From NCBI GenBank assembly GCA_964057225.1, contig CAXKVF010000099.1, forward strand, positions 25,648 to 89,647: a stretch of DNA of 64,000 nt. The letters are read 5' to 3'. Shown here piece by piece: positions 11,617-25,696 of this stretch. This DNA is from Auanema rhodensis. Lineage: Eukaryota > Animalia > Nematoda. Position numbers and translations under genes: made by a program. The notes beneath the pieces are model-generated. The model was given only the letters and a program-made list of their open reading frames with translations, was not told the DNA's origin and searched no databases. Position 1 is the stretch's first letter. Each line of letters begins with the position of its first letter.

Positions 11617-14600
11617 TGGTTACCATGCACCAATATCAATAAAAATTTGTTTTTAGACTAATATGGACATGGAGAATCTAATTTTGAAAACCGCATCTCT
11701 TTATCTTTCACGTGAAGCTAGTTACATACCAAGTGCACATCACGTGTACATTTAATTAGCATAAATTAAAGTTCACGTAAATTTCAAAGTCATGGTTACC
11801 ATGAACCAATATCAATAAAAATTTGTTTTTAGACTAATATGGACATGGGGAATCTAATTTTGGAAACCGCATCTCTTTATCTTTCACGTGAAGCGAGTTA
11901 CATACCAAGTGCACATCACGTGTACATTTAATTAGCATAAATTAAAGTTCACGTAAATTTCAAAGTCATGGTTACCATGAACCAATATCAATAAAAATTT
12001 GTTTTTAGACTAATATGGACATGGGGAATCTAATTTTGAAAACCGCATCTCTTTATCTTTCACGTGAAGCGAGTTACATACCAAGTGCACATCACGTGTA
12101 CATTTAATTAGCATAAATTAAAGTTCACGTAAATTTCAAAGTCATGGTTACCATGCACCAATATCAATAAAAATTTGTTTTTAGACTAATATGGACATGG
12201 GGAATCTAATTTTGAAAACCGCATCTCTTTATCTTTCACGTGAAGCGAGTTACATACCAAGTGCACATCACGTGTACATTTAATTAGCATAAATTAAAGT
12301 TCACGTAAATTTCAAAGTCATGGTTACCATGAACCTATATCAATAAAAATTTGTTTTTAGACTAATATGGACATGGGGAATCTAATTTTGAAAACCGCAT
12401 CTCTTTATCTTTCACGTGAAGCGAGTTACATACCAAGTGCACATCACGTGTACATTTAATTAGCATAAATTAAAGTTCACGTAAATTTCAAAGTCATGGT
12501 TACCATGAAGCAATATCAATAAAAATTTGTTTTTAGACTAATATGGACATGGGGAATCTAATTTTGAAAACCGCATCTCTTTATCTTTCACGTGAAGCGA
12601 GTTACATACCAAGTGCACATCACGTGTACATTTAATTAGCATAAATTAAAGTTCACGTAAATTTCAAAGTCATGGTTACCATGAAGCAATATCAATAAAA
12701 ATTTGTTTTTAGACTAATATGGACATGGGGAATCTAATTTTGAAAACCGCATCTCTTTATCTTTCACGTGAAGCGAGTTACATACCAAGTGCACATCACG
12801 TGTACATTTAATTAGCATAAATTAAAGTTCACGTAAATTTCAAAGTCATGGTTACCATGAACCAATATCAATAAAAATTTGTTTTTAGACTAATATGGAC
12901 ATGGGGAATCTAATTTTGAAAACCGCATCTCTTTATCTTTCACGTGAAGCGAGTTACATACCAAGTGCACATCACGTGTACATTTAATTAGCATAAATTA
13001 AAGTTCACGTAAATTTCAAAGTCATGGTTACCATGAAGCAATATCAATAAAAATTTGTTTTTAGACTAATATGGACATGGGGAATCTAATTTTGAAAACC
13101 GCATCTCTTTATCTTTCACGTGAAGCGAGTTACATACCAAGTGCACATCACGTGTACATTTAATTAGCATGAATTAAAGTTCACGTAAATTTCAAAGTCA
13201 TGGTTACCATGCACCAATATCAATAAAAATTTGTTTTTAAACTAATATGGACATGGGGAATCTAATTTTGAAAACCGCATCTCTTTATCTTTCACGTGAA
13301 GCGAGTTACATACCAAGTGCACATCACGTGTACATTTAATTAGCATAAATTAAAGTTCACGTAAATTTCAAAGTCATGGTTACCATGCACCAATATCAAT
13401 AAAAATTTGTTTTTAGACTAATATGGACATGGGGAATCTAATTTTGAAAACCGCATCTCTTTATCTTTCACGTGAAGCGAGTTACATACCAAGTGCACAT
13501 CACGTGTACATTTAATTAGCATAAATTAAAGTTCACGTAAATTTCAAAGTCATGGTTACCATGAAGCAATATCAATAAAAATTTGTTTTTAGACTAATAT
13601 GGACATGGGGAATCTAATTTTGAAAACCGCATCTCTTTATCTTTCACGTGAAGCGAGTTACATACCAAGTGCACATCACGTGTACATTTAATTAGCATAA
13701 ATTAAAGTTCACGTAAATTTCAAAGTCATGGTTACCATGAACCAATATCAATAAAAATTTGTTTTTAGACTAATATGGACATGGGGAATCTAATTTTGAA
13801 AACCGCATCTCTTTATCTTTCACGTGAAGCGAGTTACATACCAAGTGCACATCACGTGTACATTTAATTAGCATAAATTAGTGTTCACGTAAATTTCAAA
13901 GTCATGGTTACCATGAACCAATATCAATAAAAATTTGTTGTTAGACTAATATGGACATGGGGAATCTAATTTTGAAAACCGCATCTCTTTATCTTTCACG
14001 TGAAGCGAGTTACATACCAAGTGCACATCACGTGTACATTTAATTAGCATAAATTAAAGTTCACGTAAATTTCAAAGTCATGGTTACCATGCACCAATAT
14101 CAATAAAAATTTGTTTTTAGACTAATATGGACATGGGGAATCTAATTTTGAAAACCGCATCTCTTTATCTTTCACGTGAAGCGAGTTACATACCAAGTGC
14201 ACATCACGTGTACATTTAATAAGCATAAATTAAAGTTCACGTAAATTTCAAATTCATGGTTACCATGCACCAATATCATTAAAAATTTGTTTTTTGACTA
14301 ATATGGACATGGGGAATATAATTTTGAAAACCGCATCTCTTTATCTTTCACGTGAAGCGAGTTACATACCAAGTGCACATCACGTGTACATTTAATTAGC
14401 ATAAATTAAAGTTCACGTAAATTTCAAAGTCATGGTTACCATGAAGCAATATCAATAAAAATTTGTTTTTAGACTAATATGGACATGGGGAATCTAATTT
14501 TGAAAACCGCATCTCTTTATCTTTCACGTGAAGCGAGTTACATACCAAGTGCACATCACGTGTACATTTAATTAGCATAAATTAAAGTTCACGTAAATTT

Positions 14601-17600
14601 CAAAGTCATGGTTACCATGAACCAATATCAATAAAAATTTGTTTTTAGACTAATATGGACATGGGGAATCTAATTTTGAAAACCGCATCTCTTTATCTTT
14701 CACGTGAAGCGAGTTACATACCAAGTGCACATCACGTGTACATTTAATTAGCATAAATTAGTGTTCACGTAAATTTCAAAGTCATGGTTACCATGAACCA
14801 ATATCAATAAAAATTTGTTGTTAGACTAATATGGACATGGGGAATCTAATTTTGAAAACCGCATCTCTTTATCTTTCACGTGAAGCGAGTTACATACCAA
14901 GTGCACATCACGTGTACATTTAATTAGCATAAATTAAAGTTCACGTAAATTTCAAAGTCATGGTTACCATGCACCAATATCAATAAAAATTTGTTTTTAG
15001 ACTAATATGGACATGGGGAATCTAATTTTGAAAACCGCATCTCTTTATCTTTCACGTGAAGCGAGTTACATACCAAGTGCACATCACGTGTACATTTAAT
15101 AAGCATAAATTAAAGTTCACGTAAATTTCAAATTCATGGTTACCATGCACCAATATCATTAAAAATTTGTTTTTTGACTAATATGGACATGGGGAATATA
15201 ATTTTGAAAACCGCATCTCTTTATCTTTCACGTGAAGCGAGTTACATACCAAGTGCACATCACGTGTACATTTAATTAGCATAAATTAAAGTTCACGTAA
15301 ATTTCAAAGTCATGGTTACCATGAACCAATATCAATAAAAATTTGTTTTTAGACTAATATGGACATGGGGAATCTAATTTTGAAAACCGCATTTCTTTAT
15401 CTTCCACGTGAAGCGAGTTACATACCAAGTGCCCATCACGTGTACATTTAATTAGCATAAATTAAAGTTCACGTAAAATTCAAAGTCATGGTTACCATGC
15501 ACCAATATCAATAAAAATTTGTTTTTAGACTAATATGGACATGGAGAATCTAATTTTGAAAACCGCATCTCTTTATCTTTCACGTGAAGCTAGTTACATA
15601 CCAAGTGCACATCACGTGTACATTTAATTAGCATAAATTAAAGTTCACGTAAATTTCAAAGTCATGGTTACCATGAACCAATATCAATAAAAATTTGTTT
15701 TTAGACTAATATGGACATGGGGAATCTAATTTTGGAAACCGCATCTCTTTATCTTTCACGTGAAGCGAGTTACATACCAAGTGCACATCACGTGTACATT
15801 TAATTAGCATAAATTAAAGTTCACGTAAATTTCAAAGTCATGGTTACCATGAAGCAATATCAATAAAAATTTGTTTTTAGACTGATATGGACATGGGGAA
15901 TCTAATTTTGAAAACCGCATCTCTTTATCTTTCACGTGAAGCGAGTTACATACCAAGTGCACATCACGTGTACATTTAATTAGCATAAATTAGTGTTCAC
16001 GTAAATTTCAAAGTCATGGTTACCATGAAGCAATATCAATAAAAATTTGTTTTTAGACTAATATGGACATGGGGAATCTAATTTTGAAAACCGCATCTCT
16101 TTATCTTTCACGTGAAGCGAGTTACATACCAAGTGCACATCACGTGTACATTTAATTAGCATAAATTAAAGTTCACGTAAATTTCAAAGTCATGGTTACC
16201 ATGAACCAATATCAATAAAAATTTGTTTTTAGACTAATATGGACATGGGGAATCTAATTTTGAAAACCGCATCTCTTTATCTTTCACGTGAAGCGAGTTA
16301 CATACCAAGTGCACATCACGTGTACATTTAATTAGCATAAATTAGTGTTCACGTAAATTTCAAAGTCATGGTTACCATGAACCAATATCAATAAAAATTT
16401 GTTGTTAGACTAATATGGACATGGGGAATCTAATTTTGAAAACCGCATCTCTTTATCTTTCACGTGAAGCGAGTTACATACCAAGTGCACATCACGTGTA
16501 CATTTAATTAGCATAAATTAAAGTTCACGTAAATTTCAAAGTCATGGTTACCATGCACCAATATCAATAAAAATTTGTTTTTAGACTAATATGGACATGG
16601 GGAATCTAATTTTGAAAACCGCATCTCTTTATCTTTCACGTGAAGCGAGTTACATACCAAGTGCACATCACGTGTACATTTAATAAGCATAAATTAAAGT
16701 TCACGTAAATTTCAAATTCATGGTTACCATGCACCAATATCATTAAAAATTTGTTTTTTGACTAATATGGACATGGGGAATATAATTTTGAAAACCGCAT
16801 CTCTTTATCTTTCACGTGAAGCGAGTTACATACCAAGTGCACATCACGTGTACATTTAATTAGCATAAATTAAAGTTCACGTAAATTTCAAAGTCATGGT
16901 TACCATGAACCAATATCAATAAAAATTTGTTTTTAGACTAATATGGACATGGGGAATCTAATTTTGAAAACCGCATTTCTTTATCTTCCACGTGAAGCGA
17001 GTTACATACCAAGTGCCCATCACGTGTACATTTAATTAGCATAAATTAAAGTTCACGTAAAATTCAAAGTCATGGTTACCATGCACCAATATCAATAAAA
17101 ATTTGTTTTTAGACTAATATGGACATGGAGAATCTAATTTTGAAAACCGCATCTCTTTATCTTTCACGTGAAGCTAGTTACATACCAAGTGCACATCACG
17201 TGTACATTTAATTAGCATAAATTAAAGTTCACGTAAATTTCAAAGTCATGGTTACCATGAACCAATATCAATAAAAATTTGTTTTTAGACTAATATGGAC
17301 ATGGGGAATCTAATTTTGGAAACCGCATCTCTTTATCTTTCACGTGAAGCGAGTTACATACCAAGTGCACATCACGTGTACATTTAATTAGCATAAATTA
17401 AAGTTCACGTAAATTTCAAAGTCATGGTTACCATGAACCTATATCAATAAAAATTTGTTTTTAGACTAATATGGACATGGGGAATCTAATTTTGAAAACC
17501 GCATCTCTTTATCTTTCACGTGAAGCGAGTTACATACCAAGTGCACATCACGTGTACATTTAATTAGCATAAATTAAAGTTCACGTAAATTTCAAAGTCA

Positions 17601-20600
17601 TGGTTACCATGCACCAATATCAATAAAAATTTGTTTTTAGACTAATATGGACATGGGGAATCTAATTTTGAAAACCGCATCTCTTTATCTTTCACGTGAA
17701 GCGAGTTACATACCAAGTGCACATCACGTGTACATTTAATTAGCATAAATTAAAGTTCACGTAAATTTCAAAGTCATGGTTACCATGAACCTATATCAAT
17801 AAAAATTTGTTTTTAGACTAATATGGACATGGGGAATCTAATTTTGAAAACCGCATCTCTTTATCTTTCACGTGAAGCGAGTTACATACCAAGTGCACAT
17901 CACGTGTACATTTAATTAGCATAAATTAAAGTTCACGTAAATTTCAAAGTCATGGTTACCATGAAGCAATATTAATAAAAATTTGTTTTTAGACTAATAT
18001 GGACATGTGGAATCTAATTTTGAAAACCGCATCTCTTTATCTTTCACGTGAAGCGAGTTACATACCAAGAGCACATCACGTGTACATTTAATTAGCATAA
18101 ATTAAAGTTCACGTAAATTTCAAAGTCATGGTTACCATGAACCAATATCAATAAAAATTTGTTTTTAGACTAATATGGACATGGGGAATCTAATTTTGAA
18201 AACCGCATCTCTTTATCTTTGACGTGAAGCGAGTTACATACCAAGTGCACATCACGTGTACATTTAATTAGCATAAATTAAAGTTCACGTAAATTTCAAA
18301 GTCATGGTTACCATGAAGCAATATCAATAAAAATTTGTTTTTAGACTAATATGGACATGGGGAATCTAATTTTGAAAACCGCATCTCTTTATCTTTCACG
18401 TGAAGCGAGTTACATACCAAGTGCACATCACGTGTACATTTAATTAGCATAAATTAAAGTTCACGTAAATTTCAAAGTCATGGTTACCATGAACCAATAT
18501 CAATAAAAATTTGTTTTTAGACTAATATGGACATGGGGAATCTAATTTTGAAAACCGCATCTCTTTATCTTTCACGTGAAGCGAGTTACATACCAAGTGC
18601 ACATCACGTGTACATTTAATTAGCATAAATTAGTGTTCACGTAAATTTCAAGGTCATGGTTACCATGAACCAATATCAATAAAAATTTGTTTTTAGACTA
18701 ATATGGACATGGGGAATCTAATTTTGAAAACCGCATCTCTTTATCTTTCACGTGAAGCGAGTTACATACCGAGTGCACATCACGTGTACATTTAATTAGC
18801 ATAAATTAAAGTTCACGTAAATTTCAAAGTCATGGTTACCATGAACCAATATCAATAAAAATTTGTTTTTAGACTAATATGGACATGGGGAATCTAATTT
18901 TGAAAACCGCATCTCTTTATCTTTCACGTGAAGCGAGTTACATACCAAGTGCACATCACGTGTACATTTAATTAGCATAAATTAAAGTTCACGTAAATTT
19001 CAAAGTCATGGTTACCATGAAGCAATATCAATAAAAATTTGTTTTTAGACTAATATGGACATGTGGAATCTAATTTTGAAAACCGCATCTCTTTATCTTT
19101 CACGTGAAGCGAGTTACATACCAAGAGCACATCACGTGTACATTTAATTAGCATAAATTAAAGTTCACGTAAACTTCAAAGTCATGGTTACCATGAACCA
19201 ATATCAATAAAAATTTGTTTTTAGACTAATATGGACATGGGGAATCTAATTTTGAAAACCGCATCTCTTTATCTTTGACGTGAAGCGAGTTACATACCAA
19301 GTGCACATCACGTGTACATTTAATTAGCATAAATTAAAGTTCACGTAAATTTCAAAGTCATGGTTACCATGAAGCAATATCAATAAAAATTTGTTTTTAG
19401 ACTAATATGGACATGGGGAATCTAATTTTGAAAACCGCATCTCTTTATCTTTGACGTGAAGCGAGTTACATACCAAGTGCACATCACGTGTACATTTAAT
19501 TAGCATAAATTAAAGTTCACGTAAATTTCAAAGTCATGGTTACCATGAACCAATATCAATAAAAATTTGTTTTTAGACTAATATGGACATGGGGAATCTA
19601 ATTTTGAAAACCGCTTCTCTTTATCTTTCACGTGAAGCGAGTTACATACCAAGTGCACATCACGTGTACATTTAATTAGCATAAATAAGTGTTCACGTAA
19701 ATTTCAAGGTCATGGTTACCATGAACCAATATCAATAAAAATTTGTTTTTAGACTAATATGGACATGGGGAATCTAATTTTGAAAACCGCATCTCTTTAT
19801 CTTTGACGTGAAGCGAGTTACATACCAAGTGCACATCACGTGTACATTTAATTAGCATAAATTAGTGTTCACGTAAATTTCAAGGTCATGGTTACCATGA
19901 ACCAATATCAATAAAAATTTGTTTTTAGACTAATATGGACATGGGGAATCTAATTTTGAAAACCGCATTTCTTTATCTTTCACGTGAAGCGAGATACATA
20001 CCAAGTGCACATCACGTGTACATTTAATTAGCATAAATTAAAGTTCACGTAAATTTCAAAGTCATGGTTACCATGCACCAATATCAATAAAAATTTGTTT
20101 TTAGACTAATATGGACATGGGGAATCTAATTTTGAAAACCGCATCTCTTTATCTTTCACGTGAAGCGAGTTACATACCAAGTGCACATCACGTGTACATT
20201 TAATTTGCATAAATTAAAGTTCACGTAAATTTTAAAGTCATGGTTACCATGCACCAATATCAATAAAAATTTGTTTTTAGACTAATATGGACATGGGGAA
20301 TCTAATTTTGAAAACCGCATCTCTTTATCTTTCACGTGAAGCGAGTTACATACCAAGTGCACATCACGTGTACATTTAATTAGCATAAATTAAAGTTCAC
20401 GTAAATTTCAAAGTCATGGTTACCATGAACCAATATCAATAAAAATTTGTTTTTAGACTAATATGGACATGGGGAATCTAATTTTGAAAACCGCATCTCT
20501 TTATCTTTCACGTGAAGCGAGTTACATACCAAGTGCACATCACGTGTACATTTAATTAGCATAAATTAAAGTTCACGTAAATTTCAAAGTCATGGTTACC

Positions 20601-23600
20601 ATGCACCAATATCAATAAAAATTTGTTTTTAGACTAATATGGACATGGGGAATCTAATTTTGAAAACCGCATCTCTTTATCTTTCACGTGAAGCGAGTTA
20701 CATACCGAGTGCACATCACGTGTACATTTAATTAGCATAAATTAGTGTTCACGTAAATTTCAAAGTCATGGTTACCATGAACCAATATCAATAAAAATTT
20801 GTTTTTAGACTAATATGGACATGGGGAATCTAATTTTGAAAACCGCATCTCTTTATCTTTCACGTGAAGCGAGTTACATACCAAGTGCACATCACGTGTA
20901 CATTTAATTAGCATAAATTAAAGTTCACGTAAATTTCAAAGTCATGGTTACCATGAAGCAATATCAATAAAAATTTGTTTTTAGACTAATATGGACATGG
21001 GGAATCTAATTTTGAAAACCGCATTTCTTTATTTTTCACGTGAAGCGAGTTACATACCAAGTGCACATCACGTGTACATTTAATTAGCATAAATTAAAGT
21101 TCACGTAAATTTCAAAGTCATGGTTACCATGCACCAATATCAATAAAAATTTGTTTTTAGACTAATATGGACATGGGGAATCTAATTTTGAAAACCGCAT
21201 CTCTTTATCTTTCACGTGAAGCGAGTTACATACCAAGTGCACATCACGTGTACATTTAATTAGCATAAATTAAAGTTCACGTAAATTTCAAAGTCATGGT
21301 TACCATGAACCAATATCAATAAAAATTTGTTTTTAGACTAATATGGACATGGGGAATCTAATTTTGAAAACCGCATCTCTTTATCTTTCACGTGAAGCGA
21401 GTTACATACCAAGTGCACATCACGTGTACATTTAATTAGCATAAATTAAAGTTCACGTAAATTTCAAAGTCATGGTTACCATGAACCAATATCACTAAAA
21501 ATTTGTTTTTAGACTAATATGGACATGGGGAATCTAATTTTGAAAACCGCATCTCTTTATCTTTCACGTGAAGCGAGTTACATACCAAGTGCACATCACG
21601 TGTACATTTAATTAGCATAAATTAAAGTTCACGTAAATTTCAAAGTCATGGTTACCATGCACCAATATCAATAAAAATTTGTTTTTAGACTAATATGGAC
21701 ATGGGGAATCTAATTTTGAAAACCGCATCTCTTTATCTTTCACGTGAAGCGAGTTACATACCAAGTGCACATCACGTGTACATTTAATTAGCATAAATTA
21801 AAGTTCACGTAAATTTCAAAGTCATGGTTACCATGAACCAATATCAATAAAAATTTGTTTTTAGACTAATATGGACATGGGGAATCTAATTTTGAAAACC
21901 GCATCTCTTTATCTTTCACGTGAAGCGAGTTACATACCAAGTGCACATCACGTGTACATTTAATTAGCATAAATTAAAGTTCACGTAAATTTCAAAGTCA
22001 TGGTTACCATGAACCAATATCAATAAAAATTTGTTTTTAGACTAATATGGACATGGGGAATCTAATTTTGAAAACCGCATCTCTTTATCTTTCACGTGAA
22101 GCGAGTTACATACCAAGTGCACATCACGTGTACATTTAATTAGCATAAATTAAAGTTCACGTAAATTTCAAAGTCATGGTTACCATGAAGCAATATCAAT
22201 AAAAATTTGTTTTCAGACTAATATGGACATGGGGAATCTAATTTTGAAAACCGCATCTCTTTATCTTTCACGTGAAGCGAGTTACATACCAAGTGCACAT
22301 CACGTGTACATTTAATTAGCATGAATTAAAGTTCACGTAAATTTCAAAGTCATGGTTACCATGCACCAATATCAATAAAAATTTGTTTTTAGACTAATAT
22401 GGACATGGGGAATCTAATTTTGAAAACCGCATCTCTTTATCTTTCACGTGAAGCGAGTTACATACCAAGTGCACATCACGTGTACATTTAATTAGCATAA
22501 ATTAAAGTTCACGTAAATTTCAAAGTCATGGTTACCATGAACCAATATCAATAAAAATTTGTTTTTAGACTAATATGGACATGGGGAATCTAATTTTGAA
22601 AACCGCATCTCTTTATCTTTCACGTGAAGCGAGTTACATACCAAGTGCACATCACGTGTACATTTAATTAGCATAAATTAAAGTTCACGTAAATTTCAAA
22701 GTCATGGTTACCATGAAGCAATATCAATAAAAATTTGTTTTTAGACTAATATGGACATGGGGAATCTAATTTTGAAAACCGCATCTCTTTATCTTTCACG
22801 TGAAGCGAGTTACATACCAAGTGCACATCACGTGTACATTTAATTAGCATAAATTAAAGTTCACGTAAATTTCAAAGTCATGGTTACCATGAACCAATAT
22901 CAATAAAAATTTGTTTTTAGACTAATATGGACATGGGGAATCTAATTTTGAAAACCGCATTTCTTTATCTTTCACGTGAAGCGAGTTACATACCAAGTGC
23001 ACATCACGTGTACATTTAATTAGCATAAATTAAAGTTCACGTAAATTTCAAAGTCATGGTTACCATGCACCAATATCAATAAAAATTTGTTTTTAGACTA
23101 ATATGGACATGGGGAATCTAATTTTGAAAACCGCATTTCTTTATCTTTCACGTGAAGCGAGTTACATACCAAGTGCACATCACGTGTACATTTAATTAGC
23201 ATAAATTAAAGTTCACGTAAATTTCAAAGTCATGGTTACCATGCACCAATATCAATAAAAATTTGTTTTTAGACTAATATGGACATGGGGAATCTAATTT
23301 TGAAAACCGCATCTCTTTATCTTTCACGTGAAGCGAGTTACATACCAAGTGCACATCACGTGTACATTTAATTAGCATAAATTAAAGTTCACGTAAATTT
23401 CAAAGTCATGGTTACCATGAAGCAATATCAATAAAAATTTGTTTTTAGACTAATATGGACATGGGGAATCTAATTTTGAAAACCGCATCTCTTTATCTTT
23501 CACGTGAAGCGAGTTACATACCAAGTGCACATCACGTGTACATTTAATTAGCATAAATTAAAGTTCACGTAAATTTCAAAGTCATGGTTACCATGAACCA

Positions 23601-25696
23601 ATATCAATAAAAATTTGTTTTTAGACTAATATGGACATGGGGAATCTAATTTTGAAAACCGCATCTCTTTATCTTTCACGTGAAGCGAGTTACATACCAA
23701 GTGCACATCACGTGTACATTTAATTAGCATAAATTAAAGTTCACGTAAATTTCAAAGTCATGGTTACCATGCACCAATATCAATAAAAATTTGTTTTTAG
23801 ACTAATATGGACATGGGGAATCTAATTTTGAAAACCGCATCTCTTTATCTTTCACGTGAAGCGAGTTACATACCAAGTGCACATCACGTGTACATTTAAT
23901 TAGCATAAATTAAAGTTCACGTAAATTTCAAAGTCATGGTTACCATGAAGCAATATCAATAAAAATTTGTTTTTAGACTAATATGGACATGGGGAATCTA
24001 ATTTTGAAAACCGCATCTCTTTATCTTTCACGTGAAGCGAGTTACATACCAAGTGCACATCACGTGTACATTTAATTAGCATAAATTAAAGTTCACGTAA
24101 ATTTCAAAGTCATGGTTACCATGCACCAATATCAATAAAAATTTGTTTTTAGACTAATATGGACATGGGGAATCTAATTTTGAAAACCGCATCTCTTTAT
24201 CTTTCACGTGAAGCGAGTTACATACCAAGTGCACATCACGTGTACATTTAATTAGCATAAATTAAAGTTCACGTAAATTTCAAAGTCATGGTTACCATGA
24301 ACCAATATCAATACAAATTTGTTTTTAGACTAATATGGACATGGGGAATCTAATTTTGAAAACCGCATCTCTTTATCTTTCACGTGAGGCGAGTTACATA
24401 CCAAGTGCACATCACGTGTACATTTAATTAGCATAAATTAAAGTTCACGTAAATTTTAAAGTCATGGTTACCATGCACCAATATCAATAAAAATTTGTTT
24501 TTAGACTAATATGGACATGGGGAATCTAATTTTGAAAACCGCATCTCTTTATCTTTCACGTGAAGCGAGTTACATACCGAGTGCACATCACGTGTACATT
24601 TAATTAGCATAAATTAGTGTTCACGTAAATTTCAAGGTCATGGTTACCATGAACCAATATCAATAAAAATTTGTTTTTAGACTAATATGGACATGGGGAA
24701 TCTAATTTTGAAAACCGCATCTCTTTATCTTTCACGTGAAGCGAGTTACATACCAAGTGCACATCACGTGTACATTTAATTAGCATAAATTAAAGTTCAC
24801 GTAAATTTCAAAGTCATGGTTACCATGAACCAATATCACTAAAAATTTGTTTTTAAACTAATATGGACATGGGGAATCTAATTTTGAAAACCGCATCTCT
24901 TTATCTTTCACGTGAAGCGAGTTACATACCAAGTGCACATCACGTGTACATTTAATTAGCATAAATTAAAGTTCACGTAAACTTCAAAGTCATGGTTACC
25001 ATGAAGCAATATCAATAAAAATTTGTTTTTAGACTAATATGGACATGGGGAATCTAATTTTGAAAACCGCATCTCTTTATCTTTCACGTGAAGCGAGTTA
25101 CATACCAAGTGCACATCACGTGTACATTTAATTAGCATAAATTAAAGTTCACGTAAATTTCAAAGTCATGGTTACCATGAACCAATATCAATAAAAATTT
25201 GTTTTTAGACTAATATGGACATGGGGAATCTAATTTTGAAAACCGCATCTCTTTATCTTTCACGTGAAGCGAGTTACATACCAAGTGCACATCACGTGTA
25301 CATTTAATTAGCATAAATTAAAGTTCACGTAAATTTCAAAGTCATGGTTACCATGAACCAATATCAATAAAAAATTGTTTTTAGACTAATATGGACATGG
25401 GGAATCTAATTTTGAAAACCGCATCTCTTTATCTTTCACGTGAAGCGAGTTACATACCAAGTGCACATCACGTGTACATTTAATTAGCATAAATTAAAGT
25501 TCACGTAAATTTCAAAGTCATGGTTACCATGAAGCAATATCAATAAAAATTTGTTTTTAGACTAATATGGACATGGGGAATCTAATTTTGAAAACCGCAT
25601 CTCTTTATCTTTCACGTGAAGCGAGTTACATACCGAGTGCACATCACGTGTACATTTAATTAGCATAAATTAAAGTTCACGTAAATTTCAAAGTCA

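Noticed and set aside
15804-15986. 60-aa minus-strand ORF (MLIKCTRDV...)
   Set aside because: It is one satellite monomer read through because A>G at 15884 turns TAG into CAG. No recognisable domain or gene context, and 176 is not a multiple of 3.
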